Assembly (NCBI GenBank): GCA_943704415.1
Contig: CALSCO010001326.1
Location: forward strand, 1 to 64,000
Reading direction: 5' to 3'
DNA: 64,000 bases
DNA from: Parvularia atlantis
Lineage: Eukaryota
The notes under the pieces were generated by a model. The model saw only the letters and a program-made list of their open reading frames with translations. It searched no databases and was not told where the DNA came from. Position 1 is the stretch's first letter. Each line of letters starts with the position of its first letter. Position numbers and translations under genes: made by a program. This document shows, in pieces, positions 25,309 to 35,646 of this stretch.

Positions 25309-26423
25309 ATGGGTGCGCTCTGCGCGGCAGACCTCTCGCTCGCTTCGGCTGCGCGCTCACCGCCTGCGCCCTCCCGCGTGCGCCGCCAGCGGCCGTGCCC
25401 GAGGAGCAGCAGCTCGAGCTCGAGGCGCTGCGGTCGATCTACTTTGACGAGTTTGAGGGTGCGCGGCTCAGCGTGCGCAGGCGCGATGCTGAAGCGGCGC
25501 TGTGGCAGAGATCTCGACCGAGGCGCCCGTGCGCTTCGCGCTCGCACTGCGCGCCGACGACGGGCTGCGGACCGACGTCGACGCGCGCGAGGTGCCGCTG
25601 TGTGCGTCGGTGGCGGCGGCGCACGCGCGCGTTGTGTGCGCCACGCTGACGACGGGTGCAGGCGCGCTCCGCCTCGTGGTCGACTTTGGCGCGCAGTACC
25701 CGACCGAGCCGCCGGGGCTCGAGTGCGAGGACGCGGCGGGCCTGGACGATGCCGAGGTCGACGCGCTGCGTACGACCTTGCTGGCGACGGTGCGCCACGC
25801 GCGCGCGCGCTCGCGGCTGACGGCGGCTGATGGCGATCGATGCGCGCTCAGGCCGAGGAGAACCGCGGGACGGCCATGATCTACGCGCTCGCGGCGCAGG
25901 CCAAGGAGTGGCTGGACCAGCGGCTGGTGCAACACATCGACGCGCACAGGCTCGAGCTGGAGCGGCGGGCGCGCGAGGAGGAGGAGGCGCGCGCCATCGC
26001 TTGTGGTCGTCTCGTGTCTGCGCGCACGGCTGACGCCCGCCCGCGGTGCACAGCGTGAGAACGCCAAGTTTGTGGGGACACCGGTCACGCGCGAGACCTT
26101 TGCCGTGTGGAAGAAGGGCTTCGACGCCGAGGTCGCCGCGCGGAAAGCGCAGGACCGCGAGCGCGCGCTGCTTGAGGCGAAGAAGCGCCGGCTGACGGGT
26201 GCGAGCATCCAAATCGGACCCGCACACGTGCTGACTGCGCACGCGCATGTGCTGCTCAGGGCGGCAGCTGTTTGAGAGCGACGCGTCGCTGATCGCCTCG
26301 GAGCAGCTCGACGACGACGACGAGGTGGTCGAGGTCGACGCCGCCGCGGTCAACGCGCGGCTGGCGGAGGACAAGGGCGAGGACGACGACGGGCAGGACC
26401 GGTCCTTCCTGTATGACGACTAA
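25309..26423 (+). CDS. RWDD1: RWD-domain protein 1 (RWDD1/Gir2/DFRP2)
   Basis: MA/AVPEEQQLELEALRSIY, YPTEPP, AEENRGTAMIYAL, KFVGTPVTRETFAVWKKGF, RLTG/RQLFESD. Confidence 0.9.
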
Positions 26424-26461
26424 GTGTCGAGACAATCGCTTTAGCCTCAGTGCGTGAAGCG

Positions 26462-27776
26462 ATGCACGCGGTCTCGGTCGCATCGCGCGTCGTCGGCGCG
26501 CGCTCGGCCGTGCAGGCGGTCGCGGCCTGCGCCGAGGCCGTGCGCGCGATGGCAGCGGGTCGTGCGGTGCAGCTGGCGTTCGTGACGGTCGCGGGCGCGG
26601 TCGAGGACGGGTGCGGGCCGCGAGCGATCAGCCGCACGCACACGCACTGCTGACGCCGACGCCGGCAGCATCGCGGCGGGCGAGGCCGCGCGGGCCGCGC
26701 TCGGGCGCCAAACGCACGTGCTCGGCGGCATCGTCGCGCCGTCGTCCGGCAGCGCCGGCGCCAGCGAGGTCACGGTGACGGCGCTGTGCCACGAGCAGCT
26801 GCGCGTGCTCCCGTTCCACTTCGACAAGGAGGCGCGCGACCACGCCCGCGTCGGCCGCTACAACATCGCCGGGCGGGTCGAGGGCCACTTTGACTTCTCC
26901 AAGTTCACGTCGGTCTCGAGCGCGCCGCTGCTGCCGCTGCCGCCGCCGCTGGCCGAGCTGTGCGGGGTGATTGGCGTGATCGTCGTGCCGATGCTGACCG
27001 CGCCGCGTCGCGCAGGGCCCGCGGCGGCACGCGCCAGGGCGAGGCCTCGCCCATCTTCCTCTTCGTGAGCGACAACGCCAGCGACGCGTACCTGCGCTCG
27101 CTCGATGGCGCCTTCCCGCAGTCGCTCAAGGCGCGAGCGCGCCGATCGTTCACCTGGCGCCGCACTGATCGCCGCGACGACGCGCAGGCCGGGCTGATCG
27201 GCCTCGACACGCCGTTCGTCAACGGCCTGCCCACGACGCTGTTTCTGGACGACCGCGTGCACGAGAGCGGCCTCGTCGGCGTCGCGCTCACGGGCAGGGT
27301 GCGCGCCAAGATCCGCACGACGCACACGGGGCGCTACCTCGGCCGGCCGATGCGCGTGACCAAGCACGTCGCGCCACGCACACGCTTGCGCACGCACTCC
27401 CCCCTCCAATTGACGCGAGGCGTGCAGAGCGCGCGGCAACATGGTCGTGGAGATCGAGGGCAAGAACCCGTCGCAGATGCTGCTCGACCTGGTCGAGGCC
27501 GACGCCGCCCTCGCCGGCTCGTTCACCAAGGGCGACCAAGTCTTCCTGGCCGTGTCGCACGAGGCGCCGCCGTCGACCGATCCGCAGGACAGCGTGCCCA
27601 AGGTGCGTACCGCAGTGCACCGATGCGCGCACACGCTTGACGCCGGGGCGCCAGATGAAGCACGAGGACTTTGCCGTGCTGCGCGTGCTCAGCGGCGACC
27701 CCAGGCGTGGGCCCGTGGCCGTCGACACGACGCGCGAGCTGCACAAGGGCCTCGTGGTGCAGGTGCGCCCCCTGCC

Positions 27777-27811
<35 letters not shown>

Positions 27812-28224
27812 GCACAGCGGGCACGCGCTGACTTTGGAGCCAGTTTGTGCGCAGCGCCGACGCCAGCACCGTGGCCGCCGCGACCGCGCCCACGGCCACG
27901 CCGCCGATCCCGCCAGGCCTCAACGCGTACGCGCGCTTCTTCTTCCGCTCGGCGGTGCCGGCCGCAGACAGCGACAGGGGGACCGCACCCACGACGCCGC
28001 TGACCGCCGCAGCCGACGCCGCCCCGCGCCAGCAGCTCTCTTACGACGGCGACCCGCACACGGCGCTCGTGACCGAGAGCGAGCAAGGGTGCGTGAGCAG
28101 CGTGGGCGGGAGCGGCAGCGACGACATCGACGGCGACGGCGCAACCGTGTTTACGACCGTGCACCGCCTGCCGCTCACGACGGTCTCGCTCGCGCTGTTT
28201 GAGCACCCGCCGCGGGTGACGTGA
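26462..28224 (+). CDS. FIST-domain-like protein (fungal type)
   Basis: LDGAFPQSLK/AGLIGLDTPFVNGLPTTLFLDDRVHESGLVGVAL, LGRPMRVT.ARGNMVVEIEGKNP and SGDPRRGPVAVD resemble fungal FIST-domain proteins (from memory). Confidence 0.6.
27778..27810. repeat. Poly(T)33 tract in an intron
   Basis: Homopolymer inside the intron that starts at 27763. Confidence 0.95.
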
Positions 28225-28304
28225 TGCGGGCGCCCAAATGGAAGAGCAGCATGGCACAGCGCACGCAGCAGGCACACACAGCGACAAAGCAGCAGCAGCA
28301 GCCA

Positions 28305-29352
28305 TCACCGGTACGGCACAAACCAGTAGTACTGCAGCTGCGACCGCCGCACCTCCACCAGCGCCCACAGCGCGAGCAGCACCACGACGCGGCCGACTGA
28401 GCGAGTGTCAGTGCGGCGCGAGGGCAGGCGGCGACGGCGGCACGCGCACCTTCGAAGCTGTTGCGGAAGAGGAACGCGTACGAGTACACCTCGAAAGCGC
28501 ACGCGACGGCAAACACGGCCATGAGCGTCCACGAGGCGAGGCGGAACGCGGCGATGCCGATCATCATCGCTGGCGGGCGCGCACAGGCGTCAGCCGCGAC
28601 AGCACAAGGCGACCGCGCACCGATCAGGCGCAGGATGAGCAGGAACGCGTCCAGGCCGTCGATCGGCCGCAGCGAGTTGTAGCTCAGCGCGAGCAGCACG
28701 AGGTTCATCAATAACAGGCCCGCCGCGCTCACGAGCACGAGCCGCTCAAACATGGGGTAGCTCGCGGGGCGGCTCACAACGACCACGTTGTTGGCGAGCC
28801 ATCCCGAGTTGTTGTCGTCCTGCGCGCCGGCCCGCCCGCCGCTGGCACCGCCCGCGCGCCCACCGACGTTCACCGCGCCGTCGCCGGCGATCTCCGCGCC
28901 TGCCTCGACGTCGCCCGCCGCACCGGCCGCGCCGCCGAGCGCCTCCCGAAGCTCGCGCTGCAGCGGGTCGCTCGCGCCGCCGTCGCCGCCGCCGCCGCCG
29001 CCGTCGCCGCTGAGCCGCGCGGCCCCGGCCTGCCCCGCGCGCGCGTGCTGCTCGTGCGCGTCATCCGGCGCGATACCGCCCTCGCCCGCCGCGACGCGCC
29101 GCCGCCGCACGGGCACAAACTCGCGCAGGCCGTGGTACTTGACGCCGAGCCGTATCTGTCGTCGCCGCACGTGCGTCACGCCACGTCACACACACGGGCG
29201 GCGACGGCGCCGCGCACCTTGCCGTCCGGCTCAACCAGCTGGTAGCGCACGTCCGACGCCGCGTTGTCCTCGCTGCCGGCCGGGCGACTGAGCAGCAGCT
29301 CGCGCGCCGGCGACGCGACGACCGACGCGGCCGTCCCCGCAGCCTCAGCCAT
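28305..29352 (-). CDS. Uncharacterised protein with ~4 C-terminal transmembrane segments
   Basis: Spliced frame MAEAAGT..YQLVEPDGK/IRLGVKYHG..FERLVLVSAAGLLLMNLVLLAL..AFLLILRLI/AMMIGIAAF..VVVLLALWALV..YYWFVPYR*, with canonical introns. Confidence 0.65.
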
Positions 29353-29447
29353 GCGACAGCAATGGCGGGCGCGGCCATGGCGGGCGCGTGGCTGGGTCGC
29401 GCGCCACGTGGGCGGCTGCCTTTCTCTTCTTCGTCACCCTCTCGCGG

Positions 29448-29750
29448 ATGCTCAGCCTCTTCGGCATCGGCGGCGGCAAGCCCGCGGACGGTGCGCGACG
29501 CGGCGCGGTGGCCGAACACGTGCGCACGTCGAGGGCTGACGTTGAAGGCGACACGCGCGCAGGGCAACCGCCCACGCCGCCGCAGAAGCCGCCGCAGTCG
29601 TTCACCGAGACGTTCGCGCGCACGGTGGACGGCGGTAGCGGCGGCGGCAACGGCGGCGCGGCGGGCGGCGGTGGCGGCGGCGCGCAGAAGGCGTTCCACT
29701 TCGACCCGTCGGGCCTCGAGCGCGCGGCCAAGGCGGCGCGGTGCGCGCGT

Positions 29751-29781
<31 letters not shown>

Positions 29782-32260
29782 CGCGCGTGTCGGGAAGCAC
29801 ACGTGCGCCCGCTGACAGTCCGCCGGCAGCGAGCTTGACACGTCGCGCAACGCGCGCGAGGCGTTCGAGGTGATCAAGCAGCAGGAGGCGACGGAGCAGA
29901 TGAAGCTGCAGGCGCAAATCAGCAAGTTCGAGGCTGAGGTGCGCCCGGCCTGGCGCGCCCGATGTCGCCGCTGCTGCTGACGCGGATGGCGCGCATACCA
30001 GGGCAAGGCGATGGAGATCCGGCGCATCCAGCAGCTCGAGGAGGAGCGGCGCAAGACGATGGAGACCGAGACGGCGCACATCAAGCATCGCGCGCAGGAG
30101 AGCGACAAGCTCGCGAGGTGCGCCGGTGCATGTGGTGGCGCGCTGCCGTGCTGACTGATGCGACATTGCAGGAAACGGCAGGAGGAGCAGCTCGCGGCGC
30201 AGCGCGCGATGCAGGCCGAGACGCTGCGAAAGCAGGAGGAGTCGCTCGAGAAGCAGGAGGCGATGAAGCGCGGCACGATCGAGTACGAGATGGGCCTCAA
30301 GCGCCAGTTGGAAATGGTTGGTGTGCCACGTATGCTCGCCTCGGCCGCTGACGTGCACCGCGCCGCGCAGGACAAGGTGCGCGCCGAGACCGAGGGCAAG
30401 ATCCGCTACGAGCGCGAGAATCGCGAGCTGCACCTGGAAGAGCTGCGCGTCAAGGCCGCCGAGGCGCGCGACACGACGCTGCAGTCGATCCGCGCGGCCG
30501 GTGCGGCTGTGCGTGCGCGGTCGCGTCGCGTCGCTGATGGCGCGGCGGTGCGGCGGCGGCGCGGCGTATAGGCGAGGTCATCGGCGCGGGTGTGAACGAC
30601 TTTCTCAGCGACCGCAACAAGGTCGCGGCCACCGTCGCCGGTCTGTCGCTGCTCGCGCTTGGCGTGTACTCGGCGCGCGCTTCGACGGGCGTGATCGCGC
30701 GCGTGATCGAGTCGCGCATCGGTGCGTGCGCCACCGGCTGTCGGCGCGGGCCAACCAACGGCGTGGCGCAGGCAAGCCGTCGCTCGTGCGCGAGACGTCG
30801 CGGCAGACGCCGATGCAGTGGGTGCGCCACCCGATCAAGGCACGTCGCGCAACGCTCTTGCGTGTGCGTGGCTATGGGGGGGGGGAGACTGACGCGCGAT
30901 CGCCAGTCGGCGATGGACCTGTACCGGCGCTACCAGAAGCCTGCTGACCCGCTCGAGTCGATTGTGCTGGCGCCCGCGGTCGAGGAGCGGCTGCGATCGG
31001 TCGCGTGGACGACGATCTTTGCGCGCCAGAACCGGTGCGTGCGCGCCCGCGCTGCTGGCCACGCGCCCTGACCCACAGACGCGAACCCTGCAGCGCGCCT
31101 TACCGCAACATCATGCTGTACGGGCCGCCGGGCACGGGCAAGACGATGTTTGCCAAGAGCTTGGGTGCGTGGGCGTGCTTGCGTGCGCGAGCGCATCTGG
31201 GCGTGACCGTGCGGCCGCAGCGCGCTCGTCCAGCATGGACTACGCGATCCTGACCGGCGGCGACATTGCGCCGCTGGGCCGCTCAGCCGTCACTGAGCTG
31301 CACAAGCTGTTTGACTGGGTGCGGCCGCCCACCGGTCTGAGCAGCGCGTGCTGACGGCTGTGCGCGCGCACCCAGGCGAGCACTTCGCGGCGTGGTCTGC
31401 TGCTGTTCATCGACGAGGCGGACGGTGCGTCGCGCGCGCCTGCTGCGCACATCCGGTGGCCTGACACGGCGAGCGCGTGCAGCGTTCCTGCGCAAGCGCA
31501 GCGAGACGACGATGTCGGAGGACCTGCGCAACGCGCTCAACGCGTTCCTGTACCGCACGGGCGAGTCCAACAAGCGCTTCATGCTCATCCTCGCGTCAAA
31601 CCAGCCCGAGCAGCTGGACTGGGCCATCAACGACCGCGTGGACGAGCTTGTGCAGTGCGTGCCGTGTCGCGCGCGTGCCTCACCGTTAGCTAACGCGCTG
31701 CGGTCAGGCTGCCGCTGCCCGGGCCGGACGAGCGCCTGCGCATCCTTAAGCTGTACTTCCACTCGCTCATCGTCGAGCACGGCAAGACGACGGGCGCGCG
31801 CGCGATCGAGGCCGAGGGTGCGCTGCTGCCCCCCCTTGCCCCCTTCCCCGCCCCCTTGCAGGCACTATCGAAGCCCCGCCACGAGCCTCGCTCCGTCTCT
31901 GGCCGGGGTCAAAGTGTTGCCGAGATCTCCCTTCCCTCCACCCTCTGCCGGCGCACTCGCTAACCCTCGCGCGCGCGTGTGCCAGGCATCACGGACGAGC
32001 TGCTGCATGAGGTCGCGATGCAGACGCACGGCTTCTCGGGCCGCGAGCTGTCCAAGCTCGTGATCGCGTGGCAGGCCGCGGCGTACGGCAGCATGAAGGC
32101 CGTGCTCACGCCCAAGCAGGTCAAGGACATCGTGCGGGCGTTTGTGCAGCAGCACTCGCAGCGCAGCCACTGGATGCAGCCGCACAAGGGCTCCGCGAGC
32201 ACCGCACCTGCACCCGCTGCGCCCGCCGCGCCCGCTGCCGCGCCCTCTTCTGCCGCTTGA
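29448..32260 (+). CDS. ATAD3: ATPase family AAA domain-containing protein 3 (mitochondrial)
   Basis: [93 protein letters not shown]. Confidence 0.96.
29751..29781. repeat. Poly(G)31 tract in an ATAD3 intron
   Basis: Homopolymer just after the GTGCGCGCGT donor at 29741. Confidence 0.95.
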
Positions 32261-32296
32261 CCGAGCTGTGTGTATGTACATATCCTTTGCACACTA

Positions 32297-33091
32297 ATGG
32301 GGTGCAACCAGTCAACACAGTCGGGTGCGCGCACGGCCGAGGCGCGCGCCGGAAGCTGAGCGCTCGCGTGCCCGGCAGACGTCCAGGCGAGCCGGCAGCG
32401 CCAGGTCACGCCCGCGCAGGGCGGTGGCGGGCAGGCGGTGCAGCAGACGGCGGCGTCGCGCGCACAGAGCACGCCACAGCGCGCGCGCGGCGAGGGCGCG
32501 GGCGGCCTGTACTCTGCGTCGTACAGCGACCAGCGCACGCTCGAGCAGGACTTTTTCAAGCAGATCATCGCCAAGACGTCCAAGTGCGGCCGGGCGCCGT
32601 CCCGGCGTCTTGAGTGTTGGCTGACGTCGTGTGCCCGTGCAGCAACCTCATCGACGTGTCGCAGACGGCGGGCGCGGGCGAGGGCCGGGGCGCGGCGGCA
32701 GCCGGGGCGGCGGCCGGCGGCGATCGTGGCAAGCAGTACACGTGCGTCCGCGCGCCGTGCGGGTGCCGCTGGGGTTGAGCGCGCGCGCGCACGCGATGGC
32801 AGCGACAAGATACGCACCATCCGCGTGCACAACCCGCGCGCGATGCTCGAGGGCGCGGCGGCGGGTGGCAGCAGCGGCGGCGGCGGCGCGCAGGCGGCGA
32901 GCATCGTCGCGGTGCTGTCGGCGCCGACGCTGACCGCCGACGAGCGCGAGCGGGTGCGCGTGCGCGGCGGAACAACGTCAGTGCTGACGCCTGCGCAGGT
33001 CCAGCGGCAAGCAGAGGCGCTCGCCGCGTCGTTTGCGACGCTGCAGATCAAACACGTCGGCGATCTCGTCGTGCACCTGCCGGAGCTGTGA
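32297..33091 (+). CDS. LAMTOR1: Ragulator anchor subunit LAMTOR1/p18 (Ego1/Meh1-like)
   Basis: N-terminal MGCNQS (myristoyl/palmitoyl motif), EQDFFKQIIAKTS/NNLIDVS (cf. LAMTOR1 ILAKTASNIIDVS) and C-terminal LQIKHVGDLVVHLP. Confidence 0.8.
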
Positions 33092-33208
33092 GGGGCGCCT
33101 CAGGGCCGCGTGTGTACATGGGCGATCGATCGGGTGACAGCGGATGCCATGCGAGCGTCGCCGACGCCGTCAAACACACTGAGGGACACACAAAAGAGGG
33201 AAGGCGCC

Positions 33209-34034
33209 TCACTGAAGCTGGTACGGCCGGATGCCGTCGCCCTCGAGCGCGAGCGGGCGGTTGAGCACAAAGACGTTCCCGCCCGCCGACGAGTTGGACC
33301 AGATGAGCATGCGGCCCACAGCTGCGCGCGCGCGCACGCACGGCCACCGCGATTCAGCCGGCGCACTGCACATTGCGCATTTACACGTGCGCACGCACCC
33401 GGGGTCCGCTCGAGGATGGCGTACCACCGCGACGACCAGAACGAGTCGAAGACCCTGCGTATTGGCGCTGCTCAGCACCGGACGATGCGGAGTACGAGCG
33501 TGCGCGTGCGCACTTGATCGCGTAGCCGCGCGGCGTGAACCCGACCTGGCCCTGGTACAGCTGCACAGTGTTGTTGAGCACGATCATGTTGGCGACGGCG
33601 TTGTACTTGCGGCGGCGGCGTGTCAGGCACGCAGCACAAAAGCGCACGCGAGGCGCAGCCGTACGCACGAGGGAGTCGCCGTTGAGCTGCGCAAACTGGT
33701 TCTGGACCGAGGCGTCGATCGGGCAGAACACGTTGATGAAGCCCTGCTGCTGGCCCGAGAGGTAGCCGCCGTAGCCAGCGCGCTGCAGCGCGTCGGCGAA
33801 CTGGGTGCAGTTGAGCGTGTTCATGATGTCGAGCACCGAGGCCCCGTCGGGCGCGTTGTACTGCTGCAGCGGCGAGCGGACCCAGCGCGAGATGAGCGGG
33901 ATGGACCTGTCGCGCATCGACTGGCCGCCGTTCTGGCCGTTGGACTGGCCGGCGACGCTCGGTGCCAGCACGGCGACGCCCACGAGCACCACGAGCGCGG
34001 CCGCCGTGAGCTGCAGGGGCGTGTGGCGCGACAT
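33209..34034 (-). CDS. Secreted fasciclin (FAS1)-like protein
   Basis: Signal peptide (LTAAALVVLVGVAVLAPSVAG), TQFADALQRAG, H1-like NVFCPIDAS and H2-like GNVFVLNRPL. Confidence 0.65.
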
Positions 34035-34162
34035 GGCGTGCGTCGCTGGCCGTGTGCGCGCGTGAGCGAGAACGAACGACGCGAGCGAGTGAGCGGGCGG
34101 GCGCGCACCAAAGGGGAGGGCGGGTGCAGGCGGATCAGGCCGTGGCGGGACGGGCGCGCGCG

Positions 34163-34170
34163 CTTATATG
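34163..34170 (-). promoter_or_regulatory. Candidate TATA box (CATATAAG) for the FAS1-like gene
   Basis: TATAA on the minus strand ~130 nt upstream of the ATG, in otherwise GC-rich DNA. Confidence 0.4.
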
Positions 34171-34335
34171 GCGCGCAGGCACCCGCGCGGCGCGAGACTG
34201 CCCGCGTGGCAGTCCGGGCGCGGGCCGGTGCCGCGGTGACGCACTGTGCGCGTCGGTGACGGCCTGAGTGGCAGCACGTGCGCTGCTCGCCGGCATGCTG
34301 TGACACGCGTGTCTATTTCGGCCGACGAGCGACGC

Positions 34336-35587
34336 ATGGCACGGCTGCGGCGTGGCGACGAGCACGCGGCGCCGCCGGGTCCCGCGGTGCTGCCCGCGCA
34401 CGACGCGCCCAAGCCGCCCAGGCCGCAGACGCGGTGGGAGCGCGTGACGGGCTTGCCGGTCGCGCGCCTGCTGTTCTGCGTGGCTGGGATCAACGCGAGC
34501 TTCCTGTACTGGGGCGTGCTGCAAGGTGCCGGGGCCGCCTGCGCGCGCGGTGGACGCGGTGCGACGCATTGACCCTGCGCGCGTGCGGCCCGCGTGCGCT
34601 GCAGAGCGCGTGACGACGCGCCACTACGGCGCCGAGGGCGACATGTTTGAGAGCGTGCTCGTGATGCAGCTCGCCCAGGCCGTCGTCGCCGGCGCGATCG
34701 CCCTGCCACTCGCGCTCCTCCGCGGCAACGACCTCGCCTCGCGCCTCACGCGCGACCAACTGCTGCGCTTCTTCACGATCGGGCTGACGGGTGCGCGCCC
34801 ACGCCGCGCCGCGCCACATCGCGCCACGCTGCACGTGCTGACACACGCGGCTCGCCTCTCATCGCAAGGCTCCGTCGGCGCGTTCCTCGGCTACTCCGCG
34901 CTCGACTACGTCACGTACCCGTTCCAGATCCTGCTCAAGTCGTTCAAGCCCGTGCCCATCCTTGTGACGCACTCGCTGCTCTATGGCCGCCGCTTCCCGT
35001 GGCACACCTACGCCGGCGTCGCGCTGGTCACGGCCGGCGTGGCCTCGTTCATGCTGCTCAAGCCAGGCTCGTCCGCGGCCGGCGCGACGCAGAGCCTCGT
35101 TGGCGTGGGCCTGGTTATGCTCAACCTGGCGCTGGACGGGTACACCAACTCGACCGAGGACGACATGAAGGCCAAGTACCACCTGAGCGGGTTCGAGTTC
35201 CAGGTGTTCTACAACCTGGCCCAGACCGTCCTGCTCGGCGTGTTCCTGCTCCTGCCGATCACGGACGACCTGCCCGCGGCGATCGCGTTTTGGGCGCGCC
35301 ACCCGGAGAACATGCTCGACATCGCGCTGTTTGCGGTGTGCGGCGCCGTGGGGCAGCTGTTCATCTTCCTCACGGTCGAGCTCTTTGGCACGGTCGAGCT
35401 GGCCGTGGCGACGGTCACGCGCAAGCTGTTCTCGATCATCATCTCGGTCCTGCTGTACGGGCACCGCATCCTCCCGGCGCAGTGGGCCTGCGTCGCCGTC
35501 GTGTTTGCGGGCATCACGCTCGAGTCGCTCGGCAAAAAGCTGCTGCCGGGCGCCGAGCCGGCGCAGGCACAGAAGAAGACGCAGTGA
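34336..35587 (+). CDS. SLC35B1: Nucleotide-sugar/ATP transporter SLC35B1/HUT1 family
   Basis: FLYWGVLQ/ERVT, YVTYPFQILLKSFKPVP, NLALDGYTNSTED, GAVGQLFIF, TVTRKLFSIIISV. Ends KKTQ (KKxx ER-retrieval motif). Confidence 0.9.
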
Positions 35588-35646
35588 AGCACATGTATGC
35601 ATTGCGCGTACACACCGATTCTTAGCGCGACGCACCCCCGCTATCC

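Noticed and set aside
25298..25311. Stop-codon read-through fusion of AlkB and RWDD1
   Set aside because: The RWDD1 ATG is 8 nt after the stop and so out of frame. Simple read-through would not fuse them.
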